DNA of 64,000 nt, taken from NCBI GenBank assembly GCA_013239625.1, contig MU053472.1, positions 558,001 through 622,000 on the forward strand. The letters run 5' to 3'. Below are positions 13,561 through 26,300 of the stretch, piece after piece; the first letter of the stretch is position 1, and each line of letters starts with the position of its first letter. The notes under the pieces are model-generated. The model was given only the letters and a program-made list of their open reading frames with translations, was not told where the DNA came from and did no database searches. The DNA is from Lama guanicoe. Taxonomy: Eukaryota. A program made the position numbers and the translations under genes.

Positions 13561-14008
13561 TCTAGGGGAGCCAACGATGGGATCAGAGATTGCTGTCCAA
13601 GAAAAGCCCTTTTAATGGCCTCTGGTGAAAGATATGTGTTATATAAAATGTGTACATATTTTCATGAACTTGTAGAACATACATGTTACCAATTTTTAAT
13701 TACTATGGCCATTATGGTACAAAATGGAATTAACATAGATAACGTAGCTAGATAACTGACCATTCAGAGGCTCCCAGTAGTATCAACCTCTTGCTCCAGG
13801 ATAATTTTTTATTCTTTCAGCCAATAAGGAGCAAGGTTGACTAGCCCGAGTTTCATTTTCTCTCATTTTCCTTGAATAGTCTTCCTGGTATTAGCTGTAA
13901 TGAATACTGATGTCAGGCAGTCATAACGGGAAGATTTGGGTAATCCATTGCATAAGTCGGTTGATGTCCAGTGTGTAGTATAAGAGAGAAATCCACATTT
14001 CCAAATCA

Positions 14009-14637
14009 TCTTTATTGAGATACAACTTACATGTAATAAAATGCACTCATTCTATGTGTACAGTTCAATTCATTCTGAAATTGTAAAAACCTGTGTAACC
14101 CCATCACAATCATGATAGAGAACACTCAACACCCTCAAAAGTTGTCTTGTTCTCCTTTGCAGTCAAAGGTAAAGGCACCAGCCCCAGCCCCAGGCACCCA
14201 CTGATCTGCTTTCTATTGTTGTAGAGCAGTGTTGCCTGTCCTAGAATTTCATATAAGTGAAATCGGACGACATATATTATTTTGTGTCTGGCTCTTTTTG
14301 CTCAGCATAGTGTTTTTGAGATTCATCCATGGTGCATGGACTATGGGTATGTTCCTTTTCATTGCTGAGTTGTATTCCATTTTATAGCTACATCAGAATT
14401 TTTACATTCATTCATCTGTCAATGGACATTTAAGATTTTATTTTCCATTTTGGGCTGTTATGAGTAAAGCTGCTATGAACATTCATTTACAAATATTTGT
14501 GTAGATATGTTTTCATTTCTCTTGAGTAAACGTATGAGTGTAATTATTGAGTTATAGTAAGTATATATTTAATTGTATAAGAAATTGCCAAACTGTTTGC
14601 CAGGGAGGTTGTACCACTTTAAATTCCTACCATCAAG
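14009..14637 (-). mobile_element. Old L1M LINE 3' fragment
   Basis: tttattgagatacaacttacat..., ttttgagattcatccatg, aaagctgctatgaacattcat, gaaattgccaaactgttt are typical antisense L1M 3' sequence. Confidence 0.9.
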
Positions 14638-16197
14638 GAAAATACCTGGGGGGCTTTCTCCAACCCCTTTTCTCAGTCCGCACAGTTACGTTGCTTAATT
14701 CCAACAAGCCTAACATTATTCCAGACCTTGACACAACTATACCTGCAGGTCTTGTCTTTCCTAATAGGCAGGAGTGTAGTTCCAAGAACCTGGGGCTTTT
14801 GCCCCTTTTTTCTTACTTTGAATTGGGTTATCTCCTTTAGGTTCAGTTTCCACATACTTAACACCCTGGCCTCGCTTCACACTTTGAATCTCTTGAAACA
14901 AGACTAATTCTACCTCTCACATTACTCAGACATTGCTGATTCTACCTCCCACCTGATGACTTTGACCATCGGTCGTGGGGATGAGGACTGGGGTCTCTCC
15001 ATTCTGTGGGGTTTTAAGCAGTCCAGGACGAATTTTGCCCAGAACAGGACCTGACTGACAAGTCAGCAGAACACGTTCATTTGTCTAATCTAAAGGGCTA
15101 AGAATTCACTCAGCTGAACCGTACGCAGGATTTAGGAAAGTACTTAATTCTTTTCTTATGCCTGTTTAGCAGGTATGCAAATCTATTCATTAATGGTAGA
15201 CTTAAGCTTATATTTTGGTCCCAAATAGATATGTGGGTATATATACACATCCCAATCTCCATTTGTATACACTGCATTGGGAATCTATATTTTATGTATT
15301 CATACATAAAGTGCCTAGTTTAGTGTCATGCAGCCTCTGGGCACTCAATAAATATTCATTGAATTGAAATAATGGCATCCTTTATAAATATTCATAAGCA
15401 AATAAAACTATCTAAATATATGAAGTATGAAGTACTCTTCTAGAAATATTGGAGTTAAAATGATTAAAAACTGGTGTGGTGATTTTATTATGTGACAACA
15501 TAGGTGTTACAGGAGCTAGTCACTAGTTGTGGCTGTAGTATACTGGGGAAATACATGTATATTATATATATAATTTAGTAATATAGATATGTTTTTACTG
15601 TAGGCTATGTCTTATGAGCTAACAATTAGCTAGCTAGATGGATGGATGAAATCCACTTGTGGCAGAAATGTTTAAAGCCTTTGTGTGGCTATTCATACTT
15701 ATGAAGCACCTTCTAATCAAATAGACTAAAATATAGATGACCTGGTAGAGCCTTGACCTGGTCTTCTGCTGTTGAGAAGAGAAAAGAATTCTCTTCAGTG
15801 CTGTCCTTCAATTTAAATACTACGACTGCTTAGTAGGTTAGTTGACATACCTCGTTTCTGAATGTATGGGATTCAAGTTACTTTAGAAGGCAAGCGTTGG
15901 CAGTCGGTGTCTGAAATATGAAATTTATGCTGTACTTTCTTGTTGATTTCAACTAATCCAAAAGTGACAGCAGCCTGTGACGTGTGGTTGGTTACATACC
16001 ATTTTTTTTGGAGTTGGTTACTCTATAAAGAGGTGAGAGCACCATGTACAACAATGTTAAGAAGCATATCTTAGCTACTCAGCCCGCCAAAAATGTGTTT
16101 CAAGAAATAACGTTTGTGAAAAAAGTCCCCCTAGGCAGCTAATCTGATTTTTTTTCTCTCTCTTTTAACTCCCCATGCCATCCTCTTTTTCCTGCAG

Positions 16198-16353
16198 ATC
16201 ATGTTTCAAGCATATGGAGACAAACAGGGACCATTACATGGAATGTTAATCAACACTCCATATGTGACCAAAGACCTGCTTCAATCAAAGAGGTTCCAGG
16301 CACAGTCCTTAGGGACAACATACATATATGATATCCCAGAGATGTTTCGGCAG
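16198..16353 (+). CDS. ACACA: ACACA exon G, 156 nt, [15 protein letters not shown]...YDIPEMFRQ (approximate start of carboxyltransferase region)
   Basis: ctgcag| acceptor, |gtaagg donor. Confidence 0.98.
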
Positions 16354-18132
16354 GTAAGGTGGCTAACTGGGGGGCTCCGACATGTTCCACAGAGGCAAGG
16401 TTTTCCGTGAATTTTCATCAGATGCAGCTTAAACTGGAATAGGGCACTCCCAAAGGGCAGGAAATATCTTGACAGTTTTCTCATTTCTTTCTCTTTCGAG
16501 GTTTAGTGGTTGCCAACCCAGATGTTGATGGCTCTTTCTTTATGAATTAACAGGAGGAACAGTGAGGATAGAAGCCTCTGTTGAATAGAAAAGAGTAAAC
16601 TGAGACCACATGCCTGTGATCATAGTTTACGATGACCTGTGGGAGGAGTCTATTTCCAAAGCCTATGTTCAAATTATGGATGTTAAAAAGAGGTTTGAAA
16701 CTCTAGTCCTCACCTTCCTATTTTCCAAAATAACCCAGGGTCTCTAACTGATAGCCTAGGTTAATATGATGAGAATCAATATATAACATATACAAATGGA
16801 TGCAGAGTTCATGATACACAATTTAAAGTATCAGTTCTTTTTGTGGGAGATTTATTACAGCTGAATAAAAACTAGTATGAGAAAATATGACATTATGAAT
16901 CTCATCCTCTATATGAGAATAAATTCCTTTGATCTGTATGGTGAATCATCTCGAGGCTGCAGATTTTTCTTCCATCAATAGAAGGCAAGAAAAGTATATC
17001 GCCAGCAGAAAATGCAACAGATAAAGGTATCAAAAGAATACTGAATTTGTTCTTAAAAACAAAGTCTATGAATATAGGATTTTTCCATGTCTCCTAGTCA
17101 GTAATGCCAATATTACCACATTTGAACTTTGACAAAGTGATATATGCGGTCTTAGTAAATAGTCTATCTGTAATTCCTGTATTATTCAGAAATACAAGAA
17201 ATTTCCTTTATGTAACCATTTGTTTACAAGTTATCTCTCTTGAAACATAGCTATCTTCATTCAGTATTCCTGGCATGGTTGGCCTGGAAGTTGAATGTTG
17301 ATTCTGCTCCCCCTGTGCCAGTGCTATAAACAGAAATCACATTCTGCATAATTCTTCCTATAGAATAGACATAAACACAGTGATTTGGACCTGTAGGTAT
17401 GAGTGAATCGTACTGGCTTTAAATGTTGCTTTGAGGCAAGCAAACAACAACAAAAAAAATGAACTAGTTCCCACTTCATGCAGCATTTGTTTTGGTAATA
17501 TGAAGTTGGAAATGGAAATGAAAATGGTTTTAAAATGAGAGGCGTGTCTGTCTGTTTTCTCGAATTTGAGCAGAATTGATCTGCAAATTTACAAGCAGTC
17601 ATGCACCTAGAGTAACCTAATTCCCATGCGTGGGCCTGTAGCTTAGAAAGGATGCTTCCCTGAACCTCTAGCAGGAACTCGATTCTTGCTTTCTTGGGTT
17701 TTCTTTGTATTAGCTGAGTGTCATGTCACTTTCCTGGTTGTTCTTCTATGGCCAAGTTTCTCTAGGATTTTTCTTCCTTTTTGAAGAGAGATTGATGCTA
17801 CTTATTTAGTTTTTTTATTTTAATTTTCCTGGGATATCATTAAGTCTGTTGTATTTATTAATGCTCTCATGCTGATTCATGATCACTCAGTAGTTGGACT
17901 TTGTTGGGAAAGTGCCTGATTTTTGATATATAAAAAACATCATGTGAAAAATAATTACAAATCCATTTTAACTGAGAATGAGAGCTACAGAATTTGGTCT
18001 AACGTTTCGATGCTCTGCAGAACACTTGGAAAAGACAGAGCAAAACTAGATTGATTGAATCTTGATGTTTGTTTTTGTCCATGTTGAAATGCTCAATTGT
18101 TACTGATTAGTCAAACTTCTCTCCTCCTCTAG

Positions 18133-18279
18133 TCCCTGATCAAACTCTGGGAGTCTATGTCCACTCAAGCATTCCTTCCATCACCCCCTCTGCCTTCTGA
18201 CCTGCTGACCTATACGGAGCTCGTGTTGGACGATCAAGGTCAACTGGTTCACATGAACAGACTTCCAGGAGGAAACGAG
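18133..18279 (+). CDS. ACACA: ACACA exon H, 147 nt, [15 protein letters not shown]...[11 protein letters not shown] donor
   Basis: ctctag| acceptor, GAG|gcaagt donor; joins in frame to IGMVAW of the next exon. Not present in the ORF track. Confidence 0.96.
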
Positions 18280-18449
18280 GCAAGTGGCTGAGTCCCCGTC
18301 CTTCCTTTCTTACCTCTGTGTCCACCAGTGCCAGCTTCCCGTGGGGGTGGCCATTACATAGTATATTAATTAAGATCCCAGTGGCACAGGCAGCATGGTC
18401 GTCTTATTGGTAGAATTAGTAGTCTTACTGGTAGAATTCTTTAACCAGA

Positions 18450-18780
18450 GAACATTGACTGGGTATCAAAGAACTGTCATTGATTTTTTTAGGTGTGGTA
18501 ATGGTATCCCATTATTTTAAGTGGTATTACAATTTTGCTTTGTAAACAAGTATTGTTTTCTGTAAGGCAGACATACTTAGAATAGTTACAGATGAAATAA
18601 TCGAATGTCTCGGATTTGCTTCACAATAATGGGGGCTGGTGGATGTGGGAGTGTAGACGAAACAAGATTGGTCATGAGTTGTTAACTGAAGCTAGGTGAT
18701 AGGTACATAGGAATAGATTATTTTCTCTATTTTTGTTTCTTTGAAATTTTGAGATTTCCTATAATAAAAGCATTTAAAGT
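18450..18780 (+). mobile_element. Old L1M 3' UTR fragment
   Basis: ggatttgcttcacaataat...gaaacaagattggtcatgagttg...gaagctaggtgataggtacat...ataataaaag. Confidence 0.75.
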
Positions 18781-19985
18781 ATTTTTTGCTTGTTATTCTT
18801 CCTGATTTGGATAATTATTTGCATACTAGTATACATTTTTTGGTATGCTTTCCATTCTCAGATAATTTGATCTGGTGCTGCTATGAGCATAGTAAATACT
18901 TTCGTCTTAAAGGGGCTCAGTCAGAATCAGGAAATTTAACATGAAAGAAGGTAACAGAGAACCCACGTCTGATAGTGACCTAGGAATGTATTTTCTAGCT
19001 TAGGATTCTTTTTTTCTACAGTGCACTGTTAATAATAATAAAATGTCATATTCTGCCTCATACCCTGTAACCTCCTTCGTGCATTGGGATTCTTCTTAAT
19101 TTTAACCATGCTTCTAATGTACAGTTATAACAGCAATGATAATAGTAATAAACCTCAAATGAGATGTTTTTATTTCAACCATAGATATAATCCCTAGATA
19201 AATCTCATTCCGTACAAGGAGTAATCTTTACCTGGATGTTCACCATAAGCAGGCTGGGTAGACGTTTGGAGATAAATGCATTTTTCCCCCATTTTATGCA
19301 ATATCTTTTTCAAAAAATGTTATTATATGTACAAGGTGTGGAGCTGTTCAGCGGATGCCAAAGGTGGGTGATTTGGTATTAAGATGGGTACAAGCATTGG
19401 ACCAGACGGAGAGTATTAGACTTGTAGGAGTTCTTCTAATCTAACGCCTCGACAAAAAGCAAAGGAAGAGAGTAGGGAGGAAGGATGCGTAGGATTTTGG
19501 GGAGAGTAGATATATGTATGCTTGTTAACACACAAAGTTGAAGCAGTGATTTATACCACTGTGTGTGGCAACTACAGAATGAATCCCTCCACAGCAAAGA
19601 AAAGCTTCATTGTGCGAGACTTAAATTCTGATTCATTCAACAGCGTAGTCTTCAGGAATGGAAGGCACCCCTGTGAACACGGGGCTGAGAGAAAAACGCT
19701 TTTAACTAATGTAATTAAAACACAAAATGAGATTTTTGGCCACGTGAAAGCTAGCTGCAGTGCTGTGTGAAACCTCTTGCCATGATCTTTCTCTCCCGCT
19801 TCCTCTCTGCTCTCATTCTGTGTTTGAGCGAATGGAGACTGGGGGAATAGTGAAGTCCCAGAGGGACAGAGCTCTGTTCTTGCTGAAATTACAAGCACAG
19901 AGCTGCCTGGGCATGAACATGTAGTGTTTACTCTGCCAGTATGAATACAAATAGTCTTATTATACGGGACTCTGTACCCAAAGAC

Positions 19986-20039
19986 CACACACACGTACGC
20001 ACACACGCGCGCGCGCGCACACACACACACACACACACG
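19986..20039. repeat. Compound (CA)n/(CG)6/(CA)n microsatellite
   Basis: 54 nt of unbroken pyrimidine-purine alternation. Confidence 0.95.
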
Positions 20040-20239
20040 AATACAAAAAAAAAATTAAAGGTTTTTTTTTAACCCTTTCAAGACTCAACAAACCTTGGGA
20101 AAGGGATGTCTTAAGACAGTGGCACAGGACTACAGCTATGAGTGGTAGGGTCAATATAGGGACCATACGTTTTCCTTTGCCCAGTGCTTTAATAATCTTG
20201 AAATCTAGAAATCTAATAGTATTTAAAATTTTTCTTTTA

Positions 20240-20343
20240 ATATGAAAAGGAATATATGTATGTGTATGTATGACTCAAACATTATGCTGTACATCAGAAA
20301 TTGACATGACATTGTAAACTGACTATACTTCAATTAAAAAAAA
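20240..20343 (+). mobile_element. Short, younger L1 3' end
   Basis: tatgctgtacatcagaaattgaca...ttgtaaactgactatacttcaattaaaaaaaa with similar AT-rich flanks. Confidence 0.85.
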
Positions 20344-23140
20344 TTTAAAAATTTTTTTTCTTTTGCTTTTCATCAGTTCTTACTTTCTTCTTGTTCTACT
20401 CTTTTCCCTTCTTAGTTGCCTATTTTCTTTCTCTTTTCCTTTTCTTCAAATGATTGACTAAGATTGAAGCTGAGTGTCAGCTTGCTGTTTCTGAGCCTTT
20501 GAGCTCGGGAGGAGCGAGACCGAGGTTCTTTTGTGAGCAGTTAGTGACTAACGCCCAGGATGGCTGATGAAGCCAGTCAGTGGCCGGAGCTAGATTATAG
20601 GGCACTGCATGACAGGAATGAGGTTAGTATTAGTATCAAACACTGTTACCAATATCTTGGACATACAATGGAACATGTCCACTAAGAGACTGACCCATCT
20701 AAAGATGGAGTTTCAGCAGTCAGAACTCTGAGGGACAGCTGTGCCTAAGAGATGACAAGGTGTCAGGAGGACGTATTTCCTCGTGCTGAGCCCAGTTTTA
20801 TCAGGGCAAGTCGACTTTCAGCTATTGCAGTTTAATTTTCTTTGGCCAAAGAGGCAAGTTTGTCATGAGCCTGGCACTCTACATATTACCCCAAGAATGA
20901 TGCGAGGGGAAAGAAAAGAGCGCATGCTGATGAGATTTGGAGCAAATCGGTCCTATCCCAAAGAGAGTAGGCATCTGAACAGAGCCTTGAGAAATAGTTT
21001 TATTAAAAAAGGAATAAAAAATTGACCTGCTAATGTTCTGAGAGCCAAGACTCAATGTAAATGCATTGATGCTACATAGACATTAAATCATCATAATGCG
21101 GTGCTCTCCAAAGGTGACGGCTCTACCAGGTCATCATTGTGGGTGATATTGCATTACCCTGAAGAATTGGAGTTTCTGGGTTTAAAAGCCAGCACGTGGA
21201 TATAAGGAATACAGGTAAAACAAGAGATTCCTGCAGAGTTTCCCCATGAATTGAGATACTTTTCCCCATAATCAAAGGCAGAAAACCTGTACTTATCAGA
21301 CCATCGGCTGTATGGGTAGCCAGTCTTTCTTCCCTATTTTTTTTCCAGGACAGTAAATAGGTAAAATGGTGATGGGACCAGGACTTGGAACAATTCAGTT
21401 CCATTTAGTTTTAGGTAACTTGTTTGCCATTTGAGGAAGAATATTGGCTGTTTCAGCAGAGATGTGACCTGCATTTTGAACATTTGTGCCCGTGCTAAAA
21501 GAAGGAGAGAGCGGTGTTAGCTCCTTTCTATTTTCCTAGTTGTCCCTTCCCCACCAAGAGAGATGTAGCTGCAGGAATGCCACCTTAACGCATGATGAAA
21601 GGTATAGGAGAACACATTTTTCTCATTGTCAGATTTGAATGGCATTGATTTTAGTATGAATTTAGAATGGGAATAAAAAAGATGTAGATCAAATCTGTGA
21701 ACTGCGTTACTTGCAAATAGCTCCAAAGATGAGTTGTCTAGGGTTTTTGGTTTTTTTTTTTAATAGTTTCAAGTAAAGATGAAAATTGAGGAAAATGTGG
21801 TTGCAACATAGACTGAACTGATTTCATTTCTAGCTGCTGTGATGCTCCTGTGATGGGCACTGTATGTAAATACACAGCTAAATGCAAGTGTGCTGCTGAG
21901 CCTGGATACAGAAGGTGCAGCTCACTAACAGTTCTGCTCTGACCACGTCTCAATTTGAGGGGAATTGTTTTCATTTTCCTGCCAGTTTGCTAACCTGTTT
22001 TGATCATTTGGCGGAAGCTGTAATTGTAGGTGGGAACATTTTGAGTAACAGTTCACAATCCAGTGCAGCTGCTTTTCGCACCAAATCCTGTTATTAAAAG
22101 GCTCAAGCTAAGATCAAGCCAAGGATTATAACTGACTTGACGGAGAACAACTTAACTTTAACTGGTAGGACAAAGGAAGCACTAGCCTTCTTGAGACTAT
22201 GTTCTTATTTGTCTTGAAGTGTTATTAGCATTCTTTTATTGTATTTCCTTTAACTGCTCTGGGAGCTAGATGATAAATCTTCAAATTGGGCAATGACGAA
22301 AGATATGATAGACAGGCACCTTTTATAGCAATGATTATGGATAGAAATTAGGACCCTGTTTTCCTTCTGTTTCAGAACACGGGCTTTTTAACAGTATGAA
22401 GCTGTCCATTCCCTCCCATTGCTCCTCTCATAACGAAAGACTGAGATGAGAAGAAAGTGCTATGTTTAGAAGCAGTTATAATAATTAGGTTTAGGATGTG
22501 TACTCCGAAAAGGATTGGTAATCAGAGATGGGAATTCTTGCATGGTATTACATTTTTTTTCCTGAAAGTTTTTCCTGGGTGTTAAGTATATTCCAAATCG
22601 AATGCAATTTGATGACCACCTCTACACACACGACCACGCTTAAGAAATGAAGTGGCTCCAAGGCTTCGTTTTTTCAGATGGGCACTAGGTGTCAGGGTTT
22701 TTCCTTCTCAGCAACCTGGCATTCAGACAAGCCTCTTGAATTGCCCTGTTGGGTGAGGCAAATCCAGAGCAGTATGCTTCCCTCTTTTTTCAGTTGGTAT
22801 AGTAGGCTTTGCCTGGCATTCCTACCATGTGTGATTGCATTCTTAACCCTTTGGGTGGAGATCTGTTAAATTTTATATAATGACTACACATTTTTACAGG
22901 AAACATTTTTTTTTTTAGGAAGAGGATGCACAAGGAGGAAAAAAGGTAGTATAAATGAAAGTTTAAAGGCTAGCTGCCATGATGACTGGTGTCTCAGTTT
23001 CAGTTACACTTTAAATTCTGTGGGGGGAAATGGTAGAGATTAGGCATTCAGTTCTAGAACTTCCCAGCCTTGCTCATTTAATTGTCATTTAATTGTTGGC
23101 GAGACACTCTTGTCACAGTCCACCAAGGCACAAGCATCTC

Positions 23141-23226
23141 TTTAATTTTTTTTCTAACTGAAATATAGTCAATTTACAATGTTGTGTCAATTTCTGGTGT
23201 ACAGCATAGTGATTCATTTATATATA

Positions 23227-23267
<41 letters not shown>

Positions 23268-23301
23268 TCCTTTTCATATTTTTTACATTATAGGCCATTA
23301 C
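23141..23301 (-). mobile_element. Short, younger L1 3' end containing a (TA)n(TG)n(TA)n microsatellite at about 23219-23267
   Basis: T-run then aactgaaatatagtcaatttacaatgttgtgtcaatttctggtgtacagcatagtgattca. Confidence 0.85.
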
Positions 23302-26300
23302 TAACTCTTCTATTATAAAATATTTCAAATCTATAGAAAAATGTGGAGAGTGATATGACAAATAGCCCTGCATCTACTGACTACCTGAAATAAATCTTAC
23401 CAGTTTGACACTCCTTACTTACGTATTACTACAGTGCTTTGAAATCTCTAATTTGAGTATAAAAACAAAAATAAAATTTAGGAGTTGGATAGGAAAAGAA
23501 AGTTGGTAAGCTTATCTAAGCCTGAAAGATTGGAAGAAATTAATTAGCAGATCCATTTTGACAGTTCTTAGGCTAGACCTCTTAACCCAAAGGACCTCTT
23601 CTTTTAGAAAAACCACCATAACCCTCTGTCTTAATTCACTTGGTTGACATTTTCCATACTCTCAAAGGAATTGCCTGGGTTTTCCTGGACTGAAATTCTA
23701 GTGGAACCCATTGTGCTTTGAAACTCTGACTGGAGAGAGCGTGTATGTGTCTGTGGAGCGTGTATATGTCTGAGCAAGGAAAGGGCTGACCATTTCTCAT
23801 GTAAACAAAGCCCAAATATTTTTCTAGTTTAACACTAGGCTTTTGTATTGTTTTACTCAATTTCACCTCAGAATAGCTCCATGGATGTGAAGCTAATTTG
23901 GTTGTATTTTACTGTGCTTTTGTTTCATTCTTTTGAAATCAGTTTACCTTTTCATGCTGGGTGTGGAAATTGAGTCCATGTCAGTCTTGTAGATATATGT
24001 TGGGAAAGAGGCATATTTGTATTGTGATACGCTGAAGGTGAACTCTGAAATAGACCTGAGGAAAGCAGATCTGAAAAACAGGATCATGGTCTGTGCACTG
24101 ACTGTTCAAGTTATAAAAAGAGACTAATGGTCCTTGCCACCAATCTATCCCTGAAGATGGGAGAATGTTTGTAAGGGCTTTGAGATCCTCAGCAGAGAAG
24201 TATCACATTCCACTGATTACATACAAACATTCATAATTTGTACTGACCTTATTTTTCATCAAGGACTTTAAAAAACCAATTTTGAGTCCTTTTTGGCCTA
24301 GCAAGATAGGAAATTCAAGTGCAGAAAAAGACATTTTATGGAATATGTGGTAAGGCTGTCTTAATTAAAATTATCATACACTTTTCTTCTTTTATCTTCA
24401 TCCTAAGTGAGCATGTTTGGCTACAGGTCTTTGTCCGAAATGATTTTCAGGACCGCAGGTTAGTCCCTCATTACAGAAATATTGAGGCTAATTTTGAAAG
24501 CGAGGTCTTCCTGCCATTACTTCTGATGAATATCTCTAACACTGTCCTTTGGGGATGTATACACTTTTGTTCAAATTCCTTCTGAATGCCAGTTACTGGG
24601 GCTGGAGATTTCTCATCAAGTTGATTAGTTGATTTTTGACTCATTTCATCATTTGCAAACCAAGGCCCAGTGAGCTTGACTGACTTTGAAAAATCCTAAT
24701 GCATCCCTGGGTCGACTAAAGCAGCTCGCGTGGAGGGCTCCTCAGTGTCTTTCAAAAGTAAGTCCTAAAGATAGCCTTTAAACAAAAGGATGCACCTGCC
24801 AGCATTTTCATACATCTTGAGTTTTAAGATTTTACTGAAAAAGGGTGTGATATAGTACCCTATGTCAAGAAATTTTACAGCTCCAACCAGAGGCAATAAT
24901 GAGCATCAGGACAGCAACAGATGACACCAGAGGATGAGGTGTAGCGTGGAGCATCAGAGTTCAGCATTCGTTTGCGTGATTAATGGGCAAGGCTTCCTGA
25001 ACTGTAGTAGGCCAACTTGGTTAATTTCCCTTTCAGCCAATTATTCCAGCACCTCATTTCTCAAATACCACTGGCTTGGATGTGCTCCACTGCATGTATT
25101 TCTTTAAATTGATATGTTTATTAAAGCATTGTGTTGTACGTGGGTAAAAGTACTGTGGTTTCACATATATAAATAGTACAGGAAGAAATAATTCCCCTGT
25201 TTAAAATTATTATTTCTAATCATTGGTAACATTTTTAAAGAATTACCTCTAGGAAGAAAATTTTTTTGCTCTAAAAATGGTATTTTTCTTGACCTTTTAT
25301 CACTTTTTAGAAGGGTTGAGGTAAGTTTATTCAGCCATTTTTGAATTATCCAAGCATGAAAAAAAAAGAGTTTTTCAGCTGTTAAGAAAATTGTTTTCAG
25401 CTCTTTTTATGTGATCATACAACAGTAGGCAGTGGAACATGATATCCAGCAGTTAACACAATGTGGAAAGGCATTGACAGTTTTGCAGCATGGTTTTTCT
25501 GAATGGCCCAAATAAGTCAAGTATTGCATTGTCTTATGGTTTAAAAACACACTTTTTAAGACTTATAGGGTATTTTCTAATATTTCATCACGCATGTTTT
25601 TCCATGAGATTCTGGTTTAAAATTGTAATTATTTTTTATTGTATCTAATTAGAAGTGAAGGTTTAGTATTTGATCCAACATACAAAAGGGGGAGAAAGGT
25701 TAGCGTTTTGTCTCCTGTCTGAAGAGGAACTCAAGTTCAGGTTCCTTCTCTCTGGATCTTAGTTTTTTCATCTTCATGATACAATTGATGCCTGTCTCAG
25801 CTCTAACATTCTAGGATTCTTGGTATTTCTGCCCCAGGGCCTCATAGGATGATCATCTTCCTGGCATTAGCAGTGGTAGAACGCTGGCTACTGGAGGCTT
25901 TGCCAGAAAAACTCACTTTTTAGACTTTCAGCATGGAAAACAGATAAAGCTGCAACCTCTCAGAAATTCCATACAGAAAGGTATTATTGCAGCTGAACTC
26001 AAAGTGTGGAGACATAAGAAAGGCAACCGTGGCAAAGACACTGCCTTTCTGCTTCCCACGGCATAGCTAGAGTTGATGGATGCTTCTTACACTCTTGAAA
26101 ACAAATTCCTGTCCTGTTCTGCCCCTTTGCTTTCCCTTCAGATTTCTTTATTGAGCTTAATCTCGTTGTTTTATTTTGTAGTAATAGCAGCTTTGGAAAG
26201 CACGTGTGTGTACGTGTGTGTTATGTACACTTGCACATCCTGTTCACATTGATAGTACAAATTAATGTTGATGTCAATTTTGGTGTTAATTTTGGGTCAT

